64,000 nucleotides of DNA, taken from Acidimicrobiia bacterium. GTDB taxonomy: Bacteria; Actinomycetota; Acidimicrobiia; Spongiisociales; ZC4RG35. The stretch's first letter is position 1; each line of letters opens with the position of its first letter. This document shows positions 29,291-38,700 of the stretch, in pieces. The position numbers and the translations under genes are program-made. The notes under the pieces are model-generated. The model made no database searches, was not told the DNA's origin, and saw only the letters and a program-made list of their open reading frames with translations. The DNA lies in the NCBI GenBank assembly GCA_035250485.1, contig DATFFB010000214.1:8197-72196 (forward strand), written 5' to 3'.

Positions 29291-30600
29291 CCCTTTGGGG
29301 CGGCCGCTTCTCTTCGACGCCCAATCAGGAAATGTGGGATTTCACCGTCGATCATGCCGATCGACGGTTGCTCTCCTTTGACATCGAGGGTTCGGCTGCC
29401 CATGTCGAGATGCTGACCAAGGTCGGGCTGCTCGACGCTGACGAAGGAGCGGAGCTGGGGAAAGGGCTGCAGGCAATCGCCGAAGAGGCCACCGCCGGTT
29501 CCTTCCAGTTCTTCGACACCGATGAGGATGTCCACACCGCGGTCGAGCGCCGACTCATTGAGCTGGTGGGCGAGGTCGGTGGCAAGTTGCACACTGGACG
29601 CTCCCGCAACGACCAGATCGCCCTCGACCTCCGCCTTTATCTACGGTCCGCGGTTGGTGCTCGCCGCCACGATCTTGCCGCCGTTATCTCCGTGCTGGCA
29701 GACCAGGCTGCACGACACCGCGAGACAGCCGTAGCCACCTATACCCACCTCCAGCAGGCCCAGCGCTCGACTCTGGGGCATCAGTTGCTGGCTCACGCCT
29801 GGGCAATACGTCGCGACCACGAGCGCCTGGCTGATCTCGAGAAGAGGCTTTTGGTATCACCGCTCGGCGCCGGCGCCTCGGCAGGGTCATCCCTTCCGCT
29901 CGATCCCGCCCAGACAGCCGCCCGGCTCGGGTTTGCCACCGTCTTTGAGAACTCGCTCGACGCGGTTTCGAGCCGTGACCTCGTATCCGAGTTTGGCTTT
30001 GTCGCCACTCAGGCGATGGTCCACTTTTCCCGTCTGGCCGAAGAGCTCGTGCTCTGGTCCTCGCTCGAGTTCGGCTGGGTGCAGCTCGCCGACGAGTTCA
30101 CGACCGGCTCGTCGGCTTTGCCGCAGAAGAAGAATCCGGATGTGGCCGAGCTGGTGCGGGGGCGCGCCGCGGGTGCGATTGGCCAGCTGACCGGATTGCT
30201 TGCATTGCAGAAGGGCCTTCCGCTCTCCTACAACCGAGATCTCCAAGAGGACAAGCCGGCGCTCTTCTGGCTCGACGATACGTTGGGGGCAAGCAGCCGA
30301 GCTCTTGCCCGGCTAATCGCTACCGCTACTTTCGACCCGCCCCCACCCTCGGTTTGGACCGACGCCCTCGGCATCGCCGAGAATCTCGTCCGCCGAGGGA
30401 TTGCCTTCCGCGCTGCTCACGAGATGGTGGGAAAACTCGTCGCTCGTCTGCTGGCGGACGGACACAATCTCGCCGATGTCGATCCCGGCGACCTCGCTGC
30501 CACCGGCTTGCAGCCCTCCGATCTCGAGGTGGTCCGCTCTCACGCAGGACTCTCCATCGACGAGCAGATCGCCCGCCTCCGCCAATCCGTTCTTGCGTAG
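29287..30600 (+). CDS. argH: Argininosuccinate lyase
   Basis: Fumarate-lyase signature (…[12 protein letters not shown]…), 437 aa. Confidence 0.96.
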   Translation: MTLWGGRFSSTPNQEMWDFTVDHADRRLLSFDIEGSAAHVEMLTKVGLLDADEGAELGKGLQAIAEEATAGSFQFFDTDEDVHTAVERRLIELVGEVGGKLHTGRSRNDQIALDLRLYLRSAVGARRHDLAAVISVLADQAARHRETAVATYTHLQQAQRSTLGHQLLAHAWAIRRDHERLADLEKRLLVSPLGAGASAGSSLPLDPAQTAARLGFATVFENSLDAVSSRDLVSEFGFVATQAMVHFSRLAEELVLWSSLEFGWVQLADEFTTGSSALPQKKNPDVAELVRGRAAGAIGQLTGLLALQKGLPLSYNRDLQEDKPALFWLDDTLGASSRALARLIATATFDPPPPSVWTDALGIAENLVRRGIAFRAAHEMVGKLVARLLADGHNLADVDPGDLAATGLQPSDLEVVRSHAGLSIDEQIARLRQSVLA

Positions 30601-30637
30601 ATTTCGCCGCAAAAACCGGTCCATTTCTACGCAAGAA
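30589..30637. repeat. Palindromic element copy 1 (TTCTTGCGTAGA … TCTACGCAAGAA, 12-13 bp perfect arms, 25-bp spacer)
   Basis: The left arm contains the argH TAG stop and the right arm ends at the azlC ATG. The same arms recur at 47368-47419. Confidence 0.6.
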
Positions 30638-31311
30638 TGATTGAGTCCTCTTATCGGCGGGGGTTTCGCGACACCCTGCCACTGATTCCCCCGCTAATTG
30701 TCTTCGGCTTGGTCTACGGGGCACTCGCCGCTCAGGTGGGATTCAGCCCGCTTGTCACCGGACTGTCATCGCTCTTGATCGTCTCCGGGTCCGCCCAGCT
30801 GGCAATGGTGGGCTTGATTCCCTTCGGCGCCGGCCCGGTGCTGGTGGCCACGACCGGGCTGGCCTTGCGACATATACCGATGGGGATTCATCTTTCCGAT
30901 CTCATCGGGCCGGTGTCACCCTGGCAACGCTTTCACCTGTCGTGGATCCTGGTCGACGAGTCTTATGGATTGACGGTGACCGCGGCCGAAAAGGGAGTTC
31001 CCGATCTCGCCGCCTACAAGACCGCAGCCGACTTCACCCTGTTTCCCTCGTGGGTGGTGACCACCGTGATCGGCGCCGTTCTCGGGGCACAGCTCGATCC
31101 CAGCCGATACGGCCTCGATGCCGTCATTCCCTTGGTTTTTCTGGGGTTGGCGGCGGCGATTATTCGGGGCTGGCGACGCTGGCTTGCGGCGGCGTTGGCG
31201 GTTGGCACCACGTTCCTGGCGGTGGCCTTTCTTCCCCCCGCCTGGCAGTTGACCTCGGCTGCTTTTCTGGCGGCAGCGCTGGCCGCGGCATGGCCGGGCG
31301 TTGCGGAATGA
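30637..31311 (+). CDS. azlC: AzlC-family branched-chain amino acid exporter subunit
   Basis: Polytopic membrane protein with AzlC-family topology, 224 aa. Confidence 0.85.
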   Translation: MIESSYRRGFRDTLPLIPPLIVFGLVYGALAAQVGFSPLVTGLSSLLIVSGSAQLAMVGLIPFGAGPVLVATTGLALRHIPMGIHLSDLIGPVSPWQRFHLSWILVDESYGLTVTAAEKGVPDLAAYKTAADFTLFPSWVVTTVIGAVLGAQLDPSRYGLDAVIPLVFLGLAAAIIRGWRRWLAAALAVGTTFLAVAFLPPAWQLTSAAFLAAALAAAWPGVAE

Positions 31312-31598
31312 CTTATCTCCCTCTGATCCTGGCAGTCGCGGTCATCACCTTCAGCTCCCGGTACTTCTCCTTCGCCCACCGATCCATCAGGTTGGGGCGG
31401 TTTCTCGACGTGTTCGCGGTGGCCCTCTTCGTTGCCATCGGAAGTCAGGGCCTGATCGGGGGCGGCGGCGATACCACCCCTCCCAACGTGGCCGCGTTTG
31501 TCGGAGCCGTCGCCGGCGGTTTGCTGTTTCGTCGCTCGATGCTCGGCGTCGTCATCACCGGTCTCGGGTTCTACTGGGGGGCTCGTCTCCTGCTCTAG
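31308..31598 (+). CDS. azlD: AzlD-family branched-chain amino acid transport protein
   Basis: 96-aa hydrophobic protein. ATG overlaps the azlC stop (ATGA); the AzlC/AzlD pair is typical. Confidence 0.75.
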   Translation: MTYLPLILAVAVITFSSRYFSFAHRSIRLGRFLDVFAVALFVAIGSQGLIGGGGDTTPPNVAAFVGAVAGGLLFRRSMLGVVITGLGFYWGARLLL

Positions 31599-31631
31599 GT
31601 AGGCGCTCGCCCCTGCCAACCTGCCGGTTCC

Positions 31632-32534
31632 ATGTTTCTGGTCGCTCTGGTGGCACTGCTGCTGGCCCTCACGTCCCTCCTCGCTTACTTAGGGCGCTTC
31701 TCGTGGGTGCTCGACAACCTCGCCAGCTTCCGCCCCCAACTGACGGTCGCCTTGCTGGTCTTGCTGTTGTTGCTGCTCTTGGGCCGCTGGCCAAGGACGG
31801 CGGCTGCCGTCGGACTGGTGGCCCTGATCAACATCGCCACCCTGATACCGCTCTTCGTGGCTGCCGAGAACACCGGTGGCGACGCCGACGTTCGGATCCT
31901 CTCTTTCAACCTGCTCTCCGACAACGAGAAGTTCGCCCAGGTGATCGACTACATCCGCCGGACTGAAGCCGACCTGGTTGTGCTTCACGAGGCGAGTCTG
32001 CCGTGGGAGGAGGCGATCGCCGAAGCCGACCTCGGTTATGAGATGACGATCACCAAGCCAGACAACGACATCTTCGGTTCCCTGGTTCTGGCCCCACCTG
32101 GAGCAACCGTCCGGTCCTTTGGGTTCCGCATCGCCGATCCCCGCGCCGTCGAGGTGGTGATGCCAGCTGGATTGACGATTCTCGCCATTCATCCGGTTTC
32201 ACCGTCGAACTCCCGGCGGGCGGACTTGCGCAATCAACAACTTGCCCTCGCCTCCGAATGGGTGAAGCGACAGGAAGGTCCCGTTGTCGTGGTCGGGGAC
32301 TTCAACGCCGGTCCCTTCTCCTATCCCTATCGACGCCTGCGGGCGCAGACCGGCCTGGCCGATTCGATCCGAGGCTACGGACTCGAGAACAGCTATCCCG
32401 CCTCGGCACCGGCCGTCCTCCGGGTGTCGATCGATCATCTGCTCTATTCGGAGGGGGTGAGGGTCATCAAGCGGGACTTGGGCCCGGCCCTCGGCTCGGA
32501 TCACTTTCCGCTCATCGTCGACCTCGCCCTGTGA
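31632..32534 (+). CDS. Endonuclease/exonuclease/phosphatase (EEP) family membrane protein
   Basis: N-terminal TM helices followed by an EEP fold (…RILSFNLL…, …GDFNAGPFS…, …SDHFPLIVDL). Confidence 0.75.
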   Translation: MFLVALVALLLALTSLLAYLGRFSWVLDNLASFRPQLTVALLVLLLLLLLGRWPRTAAAVGLVALINIATLIPLFVAAENTGGDADVRILSFNLLSDNEKFAQVIDYIRRTEADLVVLHEASLPWEEAIAEADLGYEMTITKPDNDIFGSLVLAPPGATVRSFGFRIADPRAVEVVMPAGLTILAIHPVSPSNSRRADLRNQQLALASEWVKRQEGPVVVVGDFNAGPFSYPYRRLRAQTGLADSIRGYGLENSYPASAPAVLRVSIDHLLYSEGVRVIKRDLGPALGSDHFPLIVDLAL

Positions 32535-32556
32535 GGTGGCGGGCTAGCGTCGGAGC

Positions 32557-34002
32557 ATGACCGATCGATTCCGACACCACCGCGCCAGTCTGGCGGCGAC
32601 CATCGGCGCTAACGCGGTCGCGCTCATTCCCGCTGCCGACGAGACCATTCGCAACGACGACGTCACCCACGAATTCCGTCAAGACTCCGAGTTCTTCTAC
32701 CTGACCGGATTCCACGAGCCGGAGGCGCTGGCGGTCATCGTGCCAGGTCATCCCGACGGGGAGTATCACCTCTTCGTCCGTCCCCGCGATCGCGACCTCG
32801 AGATCTGGAATGGCTATCGGGTCGGTGTCGACGGCGCCAAGGAGAGGTTCCAGGCAGATCATGCCTACACCCTCGCCGAGATCGACTCCGTGCTTCCCCG
32901 GCTATTGCTCGGCCGCGACATGCTCTACTACCGCGGCGGCCATCCCGGACACGACGCCCGAGTGCGCGGCCTCCTCGTCAAGGCCCGCAACTATCAAAAC
33001 CGCACCGGCAAGGCCATGCCGAGCGGAATTTGCGACCTCACCCCTCTGGTGGCGGACATGCGGCTTCGCAAGTCGGCCAGTGAGATCGAGAGCCTGCGGG
33101 CCGCCTGCGAGCTTTCCGCCCTCGGGCACATGGAGGCAATGCGCTTTGGCCGTCCCGAACTGGCCGAATATCAGGTGCAGGCCGCCATGGAATATATCTG
33201 GAGAGAAGGCGGGTCACCGCGCAACGGCTATCCGTCGATTGTGGCCTCGGGACCCAACGCCTGCATCCTCCATTACACGGAAAACGATCGCATGATCGAG
33301 GACGGCGACCTCGTCCTCATCGATGCGGCTTGTGAGATCGATTACTTCTCCTCCGATATCACCCGCACCTGGCCCGCCAATGGCGAGTTCAGCGCACCTC
33401 AAGCGGCGGTGTATGAGGTGGTGCTCGCGGCGCAGAAGGCCGCCATCGCCGCCACCCGCCCAGGAGCGACGATTCGCGCCACGAACGAGATCGCCAGCGA
33501 GATTCTGACCGAAGGTTTGGTGGAGCTGGGCCTTCTTCCCCGCGGAGTGGAGGACTCCTTGGCCATGAATCACCATCGGGAGTTCTTCATGCATGGCACG
33601 AGCCATTGGCTGGGAATGGACGTGCACGATGCCGGGACTTATCGGGTGGAGGGAAAACCCCGCAACCTCGAGCCGGGAATGGCTTTCACGGTCGAGCCGG
33701 GCTTGTACATCGATCGCCGGGAGGAGATCGAGTTCGCCCTCTTCCCCTATGACCTCGATGAGCACCTGGAAGCCATGCTCATCGACCCCGCCGGCGCCAA
33801 GAAGCGGTTGCAGGAGGGCAAAGAGAAAGCGGAGAAGGTCACGCACAAGGTTCCGGAAGAGTTTCGGGGGATCGGGGTTCGCATCGAAGACGACATCCTC
33901 ATCACCGAGGATGGGCACGAAAACCTCACTCACCTGGTGCCGCGCAAGCTTGACGAGGTCGAAGCCCTTTGTCGCGAGCAGAGCTGGCTGGCGCGAACCT
34001 AA
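32557..34002 (+). CDS. pepP: Xaa-Pro aminopeptidase (M24 family)
   Basis: AMP_N domain and M24 pita-bread metal ligands (…DLVLIDAAC…, …HGTSHWLGMDVHD…, …EPG…). Confidence 0.9.
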   Translation: MTDRFRHHRASLAATIGANAVALIPAADETIRNDDVTHEFRQDSEFFYLTGFHEPEALAVIVPGHPDGEYHLFVRPRDRDLEIWNGYRVGVDGAKERFQADHAYTLAEIDSVLPRLLLGRDMLYYRGGHPGHDARVRGLLVKARNYQNRTGKAMPSGICDLTPLVADMRLRKSASEIESLRAACELSALGHMEAMRFGRPELAEYQVQAAMEYIWREGGSPRNGYPSIVASGPNACILHYTENDRMIEDGDLVLIDAACEIDYFSSDITRTWPANGEFSAPQAAVYEVVLAAQKAAIAATRPGATIRATNEIASEILTEGLVELGLLPRGVEDSLAMNHHREFFMHGTSHWLGMDVHDAGTYRVEGKPRNLEPGMAFTVEPGLYIDRREEIEFALFPYDLDEHLEAMLIDPAGAKKRLQEGKEKAEKVTHKVPEEFRGIGVRIEDDILITEDGHENLTHLVPRKLDEVEALCREQSWLART

Positions 34003-34003
34003 G

Positions 34004-34666
34004 TCAGGCCGCAGGGAGCGGCATCACGTACCACCAGACGGCCAGAAAGTGGCAGACGGATCCCACTATGACAAGCACATGGAAGAGCTCGTGATGGGAG
34101 AACACTCGGGCCACCAGCCGCGGCCGTTGCAGCGCGAATATCACGGTTCCAGTCGAATAGGCCACGCCACCGGCGAGGAGGAGCCACACCGCTCCTGAGC
34201 CGGCCCGGCTCCAGATCAGGGGCAGGGCGGCGAGCGAGAGCCATCCCATGGTGTGCTGGAGGGCGACCGACAGTCGGGTGCCGACCCGGGACAGCACGAA
34301 CTTGAGCGCGATCCCCACCAGGGCGATCGTCCACACCAGGGTCAAGAGGGCGGTGCGAAGCCAGCCATCGAGCACGACCACTCCGAAAGGGGTGAACGTT
34401 CCAGCCACCAGAAGAAAGATCATCGAATGATCGAGCCGCTGCATGAACGCGCGGCGTCGATCCTGCCAGCCGACCGCGTGATATAGGGCAGAGACGGTAT
34501 ACATCGCAACCAGCGTGAGCGAGTACATCAACCCAGCCAGCAGCTGTCTTCCTCCGGCGGCGCTCCGAGCGAGAAGGGCCGCGCCGATCACGGCCGCCAG
34601 CGCCGCGCCTCCGTGTAGGAGAGCTCGAACGGGGTTCTGAATCCGCCCCCATTCCCACCGATCCAC
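34004..34666 (-). CDS. Hemolysin III / PAQR-family channel protein
   Basis: 7-TM protein with conserved His motifs (…HELFHVLV…), 220 aa. Confidence 0.88.
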   Translation of the reverse strand: MDRWEWGRIQNPVRALLHGGAALAAVIGAALLARSAAGGRQLLAGLMYSLTLVAMYTVSALYHAVGWQDRRRAFMQRLDHSMIFLLVAGTFTPFGVVVLDGWLRTALLTLVWTIALVGIALKFVLSRVGTRLSVALQHTMGWLSLAALPLIWSRAGSGAVWLLLAGGVAYSTGTVIFALQRPRLVARVFSHHELFHVLVIVGSVCHFLAVWWYVMPLPAA

Positions 34667-34685
34667 TCAATCAGACTATCGCTGA

Positions 34686-36464
34686 TTGGTATTTTCCCTC
34701 CCGGTGTTACGCATCGCGAACTGCTCCGGTTTCTACGGTGATCGCCTCGGCGCCGCCCAAGAGATGGTGAGCGGTGGACCAATCGACGTTCTTACCGGCG
34801 ATTACCTAGCCGAGTTGACGATGTCGATCCTCTGGCGATCCCGGAGCCGCGACCCGGATGCCGGCTATGCCACCACGTTCTTCACCCAGATGGAAGAAGT
34901 GCTCGGCACCTGTCTCGATCGGGGGATAAAGATCATCTCGAACGCTGGCGGCCTGAACCCGCGCGGATTGGTGAAGCGACTGGAGAAGTTGGCGGACGAT
35001 CTCGGCCTGGCGCCAAGGATCGCAAGCGTGGAGGGCGACGATCTGATGCCTCGCCTCGACGGACTGATAGACGAGGGTCACGAATTTCTCCATTTCGATC
35101 GCGGCGTCCCGCTTCGGGAAGCGGGAGTCACCCCGCTGACCGCCAACGCCTACCTGGGCGGCTGGGGAATCACGGAGGCGCTCCAGCGCGGAGCCGACGT
35201 CGTCATCTGCGGGCGGGTCACAGATGCGGCCCTGGTGGTGGGCCCGTGCGCGTGGCACTTCGGTTGGCATCGCGACGATTGGGATGCTCTCGCCGGGGCG
35301 GTGGCGGCGGGACACATCCTCGAGTGCGGTCCTCAGGCTACGGGGGGCAACTATTCGTTCTTCCGCGAGCTCGGTGGCCTCGATTCACCGGGCTTTCCGA
35401 TCGCCGAAGTGGAAAGAGACGGCTCGGCGGTCATTACCAAGCATCCCGGCTCCGGGGGGAGGGTGACGGTGGAGACCGTGACTGCGCAGTTGCTCTATGA
35501 GATCGGATCTCCCCGCTACCTCAATCCCGACGTCACTGCTCATTTCGAAACGATTCGGTTATCGGAGGGAGGGGAGGATCGGGTTCGGGTTTCGGGGGTG
35601 AAAGGAAGTGCCCCACCGCCGGATCTGAAAGTGGCTCTCAACTACCTCGGCGGTCACCGGAATGCGATGACCTTCGGCATCTCCGGTCTCGACGTCGAGG
35701 AAAAGGCTTGGTTGCTGGAATCGGCACTCTGGAAGGCAGTGGGAGGTCGTAATCAGTTCGAGACGGCCGAGGTCCAACTCATCAAGTCGGGTCGACCCGA
35801 TCCGCAGACCATCGACGATTCCATGAGTTATCTCCGTTTTACGGTCAAGGACCCGGACCCAAACAAGGTCGGGAGAAGCTTCTCACGGACCGCGGTAGAG
35901 CTCGCTCTCGCGAACTATCCGGGGCTCTTCCTCACCACTCCACCCGGCGATGCCTCGCCTTACGCGATCTATTGGCCTACCACTATTCCGGCCGAATTGG
36001 TGCCCATATCGGTGGTCGTCGACGGCTCTGCCTCTCTGGTCACATCAGTTGCACCTCCAGGACCAAAGGCGGCTGCGCTTCCATCGATGAGTTTCGACTC
36101 CGGCACAGACTCAAAGACGGAGCGGCGGCCGTTGGGGATCTTGGCGGGTGCTCGTTCGGGAGACAAAGGGGGGAACGCCAATCTCGGGGTATGGGTACGC
36201 CACGCCGAGGCGTACCCCTGGCTGGCCTCTTTTCTCACCGTCGACCGGCTCCGCCATCTTTTGCCCGAGGCGGGCTCGCTCTCCATCACCCGCTTCGAGC
36301 TGCCGAATCTCGTGGCGCTCAACTTCGTTATCGAGGGCTTTCTCGGCGACGGTGTCTCGTCGTCGACCAGAACCGACCCGCAGGCGAAGTCGCTCGGCGA
36401 GTTCATACGTGCTCGGATGGTGGATATACCCAGGGATCTCTTGACGAAAATCGACGATCGGTAG
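34686..36464 (+). CDS. AtuA-family protein (acyclic terpene utilization; DUF1446)
   Basis: N-terminal RIANCSGFYGDR…DVLTGDYLAE signature, 592 aa. Confidence 0.85.
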   Translation: MVFSLPVLRIANCSGFYGDRLGAAQEMVSGGPIDVLTGDYLAELTMSILWRSRSRDPDAGYATTFFTQMEEVLGTCLDRGIKIISNAGGLNPRGLVKRLEKLADDLGLAPRIASVEGDDLMPRLDGLIDEGHEFLHFDRGVPLREAGVTPLTANAYLGGWGITEALQRGADVVICGRVTDAALVVGPCAWHFGWHRDDWDALAGAVAAGHILECGPQATGGNYSFFRELGGLDSPGFPIAEVERDGSAVITKHPGSGGRVTVETVTAQLLYEIGSPRYLNPDVTAHFETIRLSEGGEDRVRVSGVKGSAPPPDLKVALNYLGGHRNAMTFGISGLDVEEKAWLLESALWKAVGGRNQFETAEVQLIKSGRPDPQTIDDSMSYLRFTVKDPDPNKVGRSFSRTAVELALANYPGLFLTTPPGDASPYAIYWPTTIPAELVPISVVVDGSASLVTSVAPPGPKAAALPSMSFDSGTDSKTERRPLGILAGARSGDKGGNANLGVWVRHAEAYPWLASFLTVDRLRHLLPEAGSLSITRFELPNLVALNFVIEGFLGDGVSSSTRTDPQAKSLGEFIRARMVDIPRDLLTKIDDR

Positions 36465-36476
36465 CATCTTCGAGCG

Positions 36477-37250
36477 ATGCATGGTCCCCGTTCCCTCGCC
36501 TACTCGATCTACGAGAACCGCCTCTTGCGGAGTCTCGACCGCAGCCGGCTTCCCCATCACATCGGGATCATCCTCGACGGGCATCGCCGGTATGCCCGGG
36601 AATCGGGCCTCGCCTCCTATGTCGACAGCTATCGCGCCGGGATGGCGCGCTTTGAAGATTTCCTGAGCTGGTCGCACGAACTCGACGTCCCGGTGATCAC
36701 TGCCTGGGTGCTCTCGCGCGAGAACCTCGATCGTCCCGAGGCCGAACTGGCCCCCTATTTCGATGTCCTCACCGAGTTGTTCGGCCGACTCCCCGAGAAG
36801 GCCTCCCAACGTCGGCAGCGCATCCGCTTCATCGGGAGCCTCGATCTGCTTCCCGGCGACCTCGTGGGCGCCGCCAAGTCAGCCGAGGCGGCCAGCCCCG
36901 ACGGCGACCATTTGCTCAACATCGCCATGGGCTATGGGGGACGACAGGAGATCGTCGATGCAGCGAAGGACCTTGTCACCAGGCTGGCGGGAGAGGGGGT
37001 CAAAGCCGAAGAGATGGCGGCCCACCTCGATGCGCCCTCGCTGGCGCGACATATGTACTCCGCCGATGTGCCCGATCCGGATCTACTCATCCGCACCAGC
37101 GGCGAGTCACGGCTCTCGGGGTTCCTGCTCTGGCAATCGGCCTACGCCGAGTTTGTCTTCGTGGATGTCTATTGGCCGGCGTTTCGCCGAGTCGACTTCC
37201 TGCGTGCCCTGCGCGATTTCACGCGCCGCAACCGACGCTTCGGCCGCTAG
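36477..37250 (+). CDS. uppS: Isoprenyl transferase (cis-prenyltransferase, UppS family)
   Basis: Motifs …HIGIILDGHRRYA… and …RTSGESRLSGFLLWQSAYAE…. Confidence 0.88.
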   Translation: MHGPRSLAYSIYENRLLRSLDRSRLPHHIGIILDGHRRYARESGLASYVDSYRAGMARFEDFLSWSHELDVPVITAWVLSRENLDRPEAELAPYFDVLTELFGRLPEKASQRRQRIRFIGSLDLLPGDLVGAAKSAEAASPDGDHLLNIAMGYGGRQEIVDAAKDLVTRLAGEGVKAEEMAAHLDAPSLARHMYSADVPDPDLLIRTSGESRLSGFLLWQSAYAEFVFVDVYWPAFRRVDFLRALRDFTRRNRRFGR

Positions 37251-37940
37251 CTATTTCGTAACCATCTCGGGTTCGAGATGGGTCGTCTCGGCAAACGCCC
37301 GCAACGAAAATGCATGGGCATGGGCGATGGGAAGAGTCACGATGCGGGCGACGCCGGTGTGGGGCAGCTCGAAGCGGTCCCACTCCCAGGGGGTCGGGGC
37401 CATCCCCAGAAGATGACCCAGCACCACGGCGTTGGTTCCGCCGTGGGCGACGAGCACGATGCGGTACTCGTCATCGAGATTGTCGATGGTCCAGAGTCGC
37501 GGGTCGGTACCGGCTTCTTTGAGGCCTTTCTCCGCCAGGCTGGCTTCCAGGCCGCCCACCACGCGCTGATGAAAGTCGCGAAAATCCTCCCCGCCCGGCA
37601 TCCCTTCCCAGAGTTCTTTGATCGGTCGCAGGTTGGCGTCGACCCAGGCGCTGCGGATGTCATCGATCGGCATCCCTTCCCAGTCGTCGGGGTTGCGGAT
37701 CTCGTGGGCCCAGTCGAGGGTCTTGATATCGGTCCCGAGGGCCGCCGCCAACGGACTCGCCGTCTCCTGAGAGCGCTTCATCGGCGAAGCCCAGATCTCG
37801 TCGACGTAGCCCCAGGACTCGACGCGGGCCGCCAACCGCTCGGCTTGTTGGCGACCGAGATCGGAGAGGTTGGGGTCGTTGCGGGCGAAGGTGTCGGGGG
37901 CCCAGTCGGGAAGACCGTGCCGGACGAGGATCAGTTCCAC
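37251..37940 (-). CDS. Histidine phosphatase family protein (phosphoglycerate mutase-like)
   Basis: RHG motif (…LILVRHGLPDW…) and catalytic His (…LVAHGGT…). Probable GTG start at 37940; the longer TTG-initiated ORF to 37973 would begin inside the repeat element. Confidence 0.8.
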   Translation of the reverse strand: MELILVRHGLPDWAPDTFARNDPNLSDLGRQQAERLAARVESWGYVDEIWASPMKRSQETASPLAAALGTDIKTLDWAHEIRNPDDWEGMPIDDIRSAWVDANLRPIKELWEGMPGGEDFRDFHQRVVGGLEASLAEKGLKEAGTDPRLWTIDNLDDEYRIVLVAHGGTNAVVLGHLLGMAPTPWEWDRFELPHTGVARIVTLPIAHAHAFSLRAFAETTHLEPEMVTK

Positions 37941-37954
37941 GAGGGGCGACGGTA

Positions 37955-38045
37955 CAAGAAAGACAAAAGACAAAAGACGAAAGACTTCAGATATCAGACA
38001 TCAGAGTGGGAGAAAGGAGTGGCCGCCCGGTAGGGGGCGGCCACT
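37955..38045. repeat. Dispersed AT-rich heptamer-repeat element, copy C (most complete: both heptamer types plus hairpin)
   Basis: aagaaagacaaaagacaaaagacgaaagac + ttcagatatcagacatcagag + hairpin gtggccgcccggtagggggcggccac. Lies in the divergent region between the histidine phosphatase gene and pyrE. Confidence 0.6.
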
Positions 38046-38130
38046 ACTGTCAGCGTCGACCACAGCGGGAGGAGAAACCGACTGTGCGTCGACCTATTAC
38101 ATCGACCGGCGACGCCGAAAAGTTGAGCGC

Positions 38131-38700
38131 ATGAACCAGGCGGACCAGCGACGTGGAGCATCTCTCGAGGGATTGATCCGTCATCTGCGCACCCACTCGC
38201 TGCGAACGGACGGGCCTTTCACCCTCCGCTCGGGTGCCATTTCCTCCTGGTATCTAGACGCCCGCCACACCACCTACGACGGGCGAGGAGCCGTCCTCGC
38301 CGGGACGGCCATCCTCGGTCGCCTGGCGGGCGAGGTGCGAGCCATCGGCGGGATGACCATGGGAGCCGATCCCCTCGCCATTGCCACCGCCGTGCTCGCC
38401 GCCCAGGAGGGTCGTGAGTTGCGAGCCTTCTCAGTCCGGAAGGAAGCGAAGGATCACGGGACCGGCGGACGGCTGGTGGGTCCGGTCGAGGCTGGTGATC
38501 CAGTGGCCATCTGCGACGACACCGTCACCACCGGTGGGGCCGTCTTCGAATCACTCGACGTCCTCGCCGAAGCCGGCATCAATGCCCGGCAGGTGGTGGT
38601 GTTGGTCGATCGCTCGGGAGGTTCGCTCGAACAAGCCTGCCGGGAACGTAACCTTTCCTACGCGGCAATTCTCCGGCCGGCAGATCTTGGAGTCGAATGA
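38131..38700 (+). CDS. pyrE: Orotate phosphoribosyltransferase
   Basis: PRTase PRPP-binding motif (…VAICDDTVTTGGA…) and KEAKDHGTGG segment, 189 aa. Confidence 0.85.
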   Translation: MNQADQRRGASLEGLIRHLRTHSLRTDGPFTLRSGAISSWYLDARHTTYDGRGAVLAGTAILGRLAGEVRAIGGMTMGADPLAIATAVLAAQEGRELRAFSVRKEAKDHGTGGRLVGPVEAGDPVAICDDTVTTGGAVFESLDVLAEAGINARQVVVLVDRSGGSLEQACRERNLSYAAILRPADLGVE

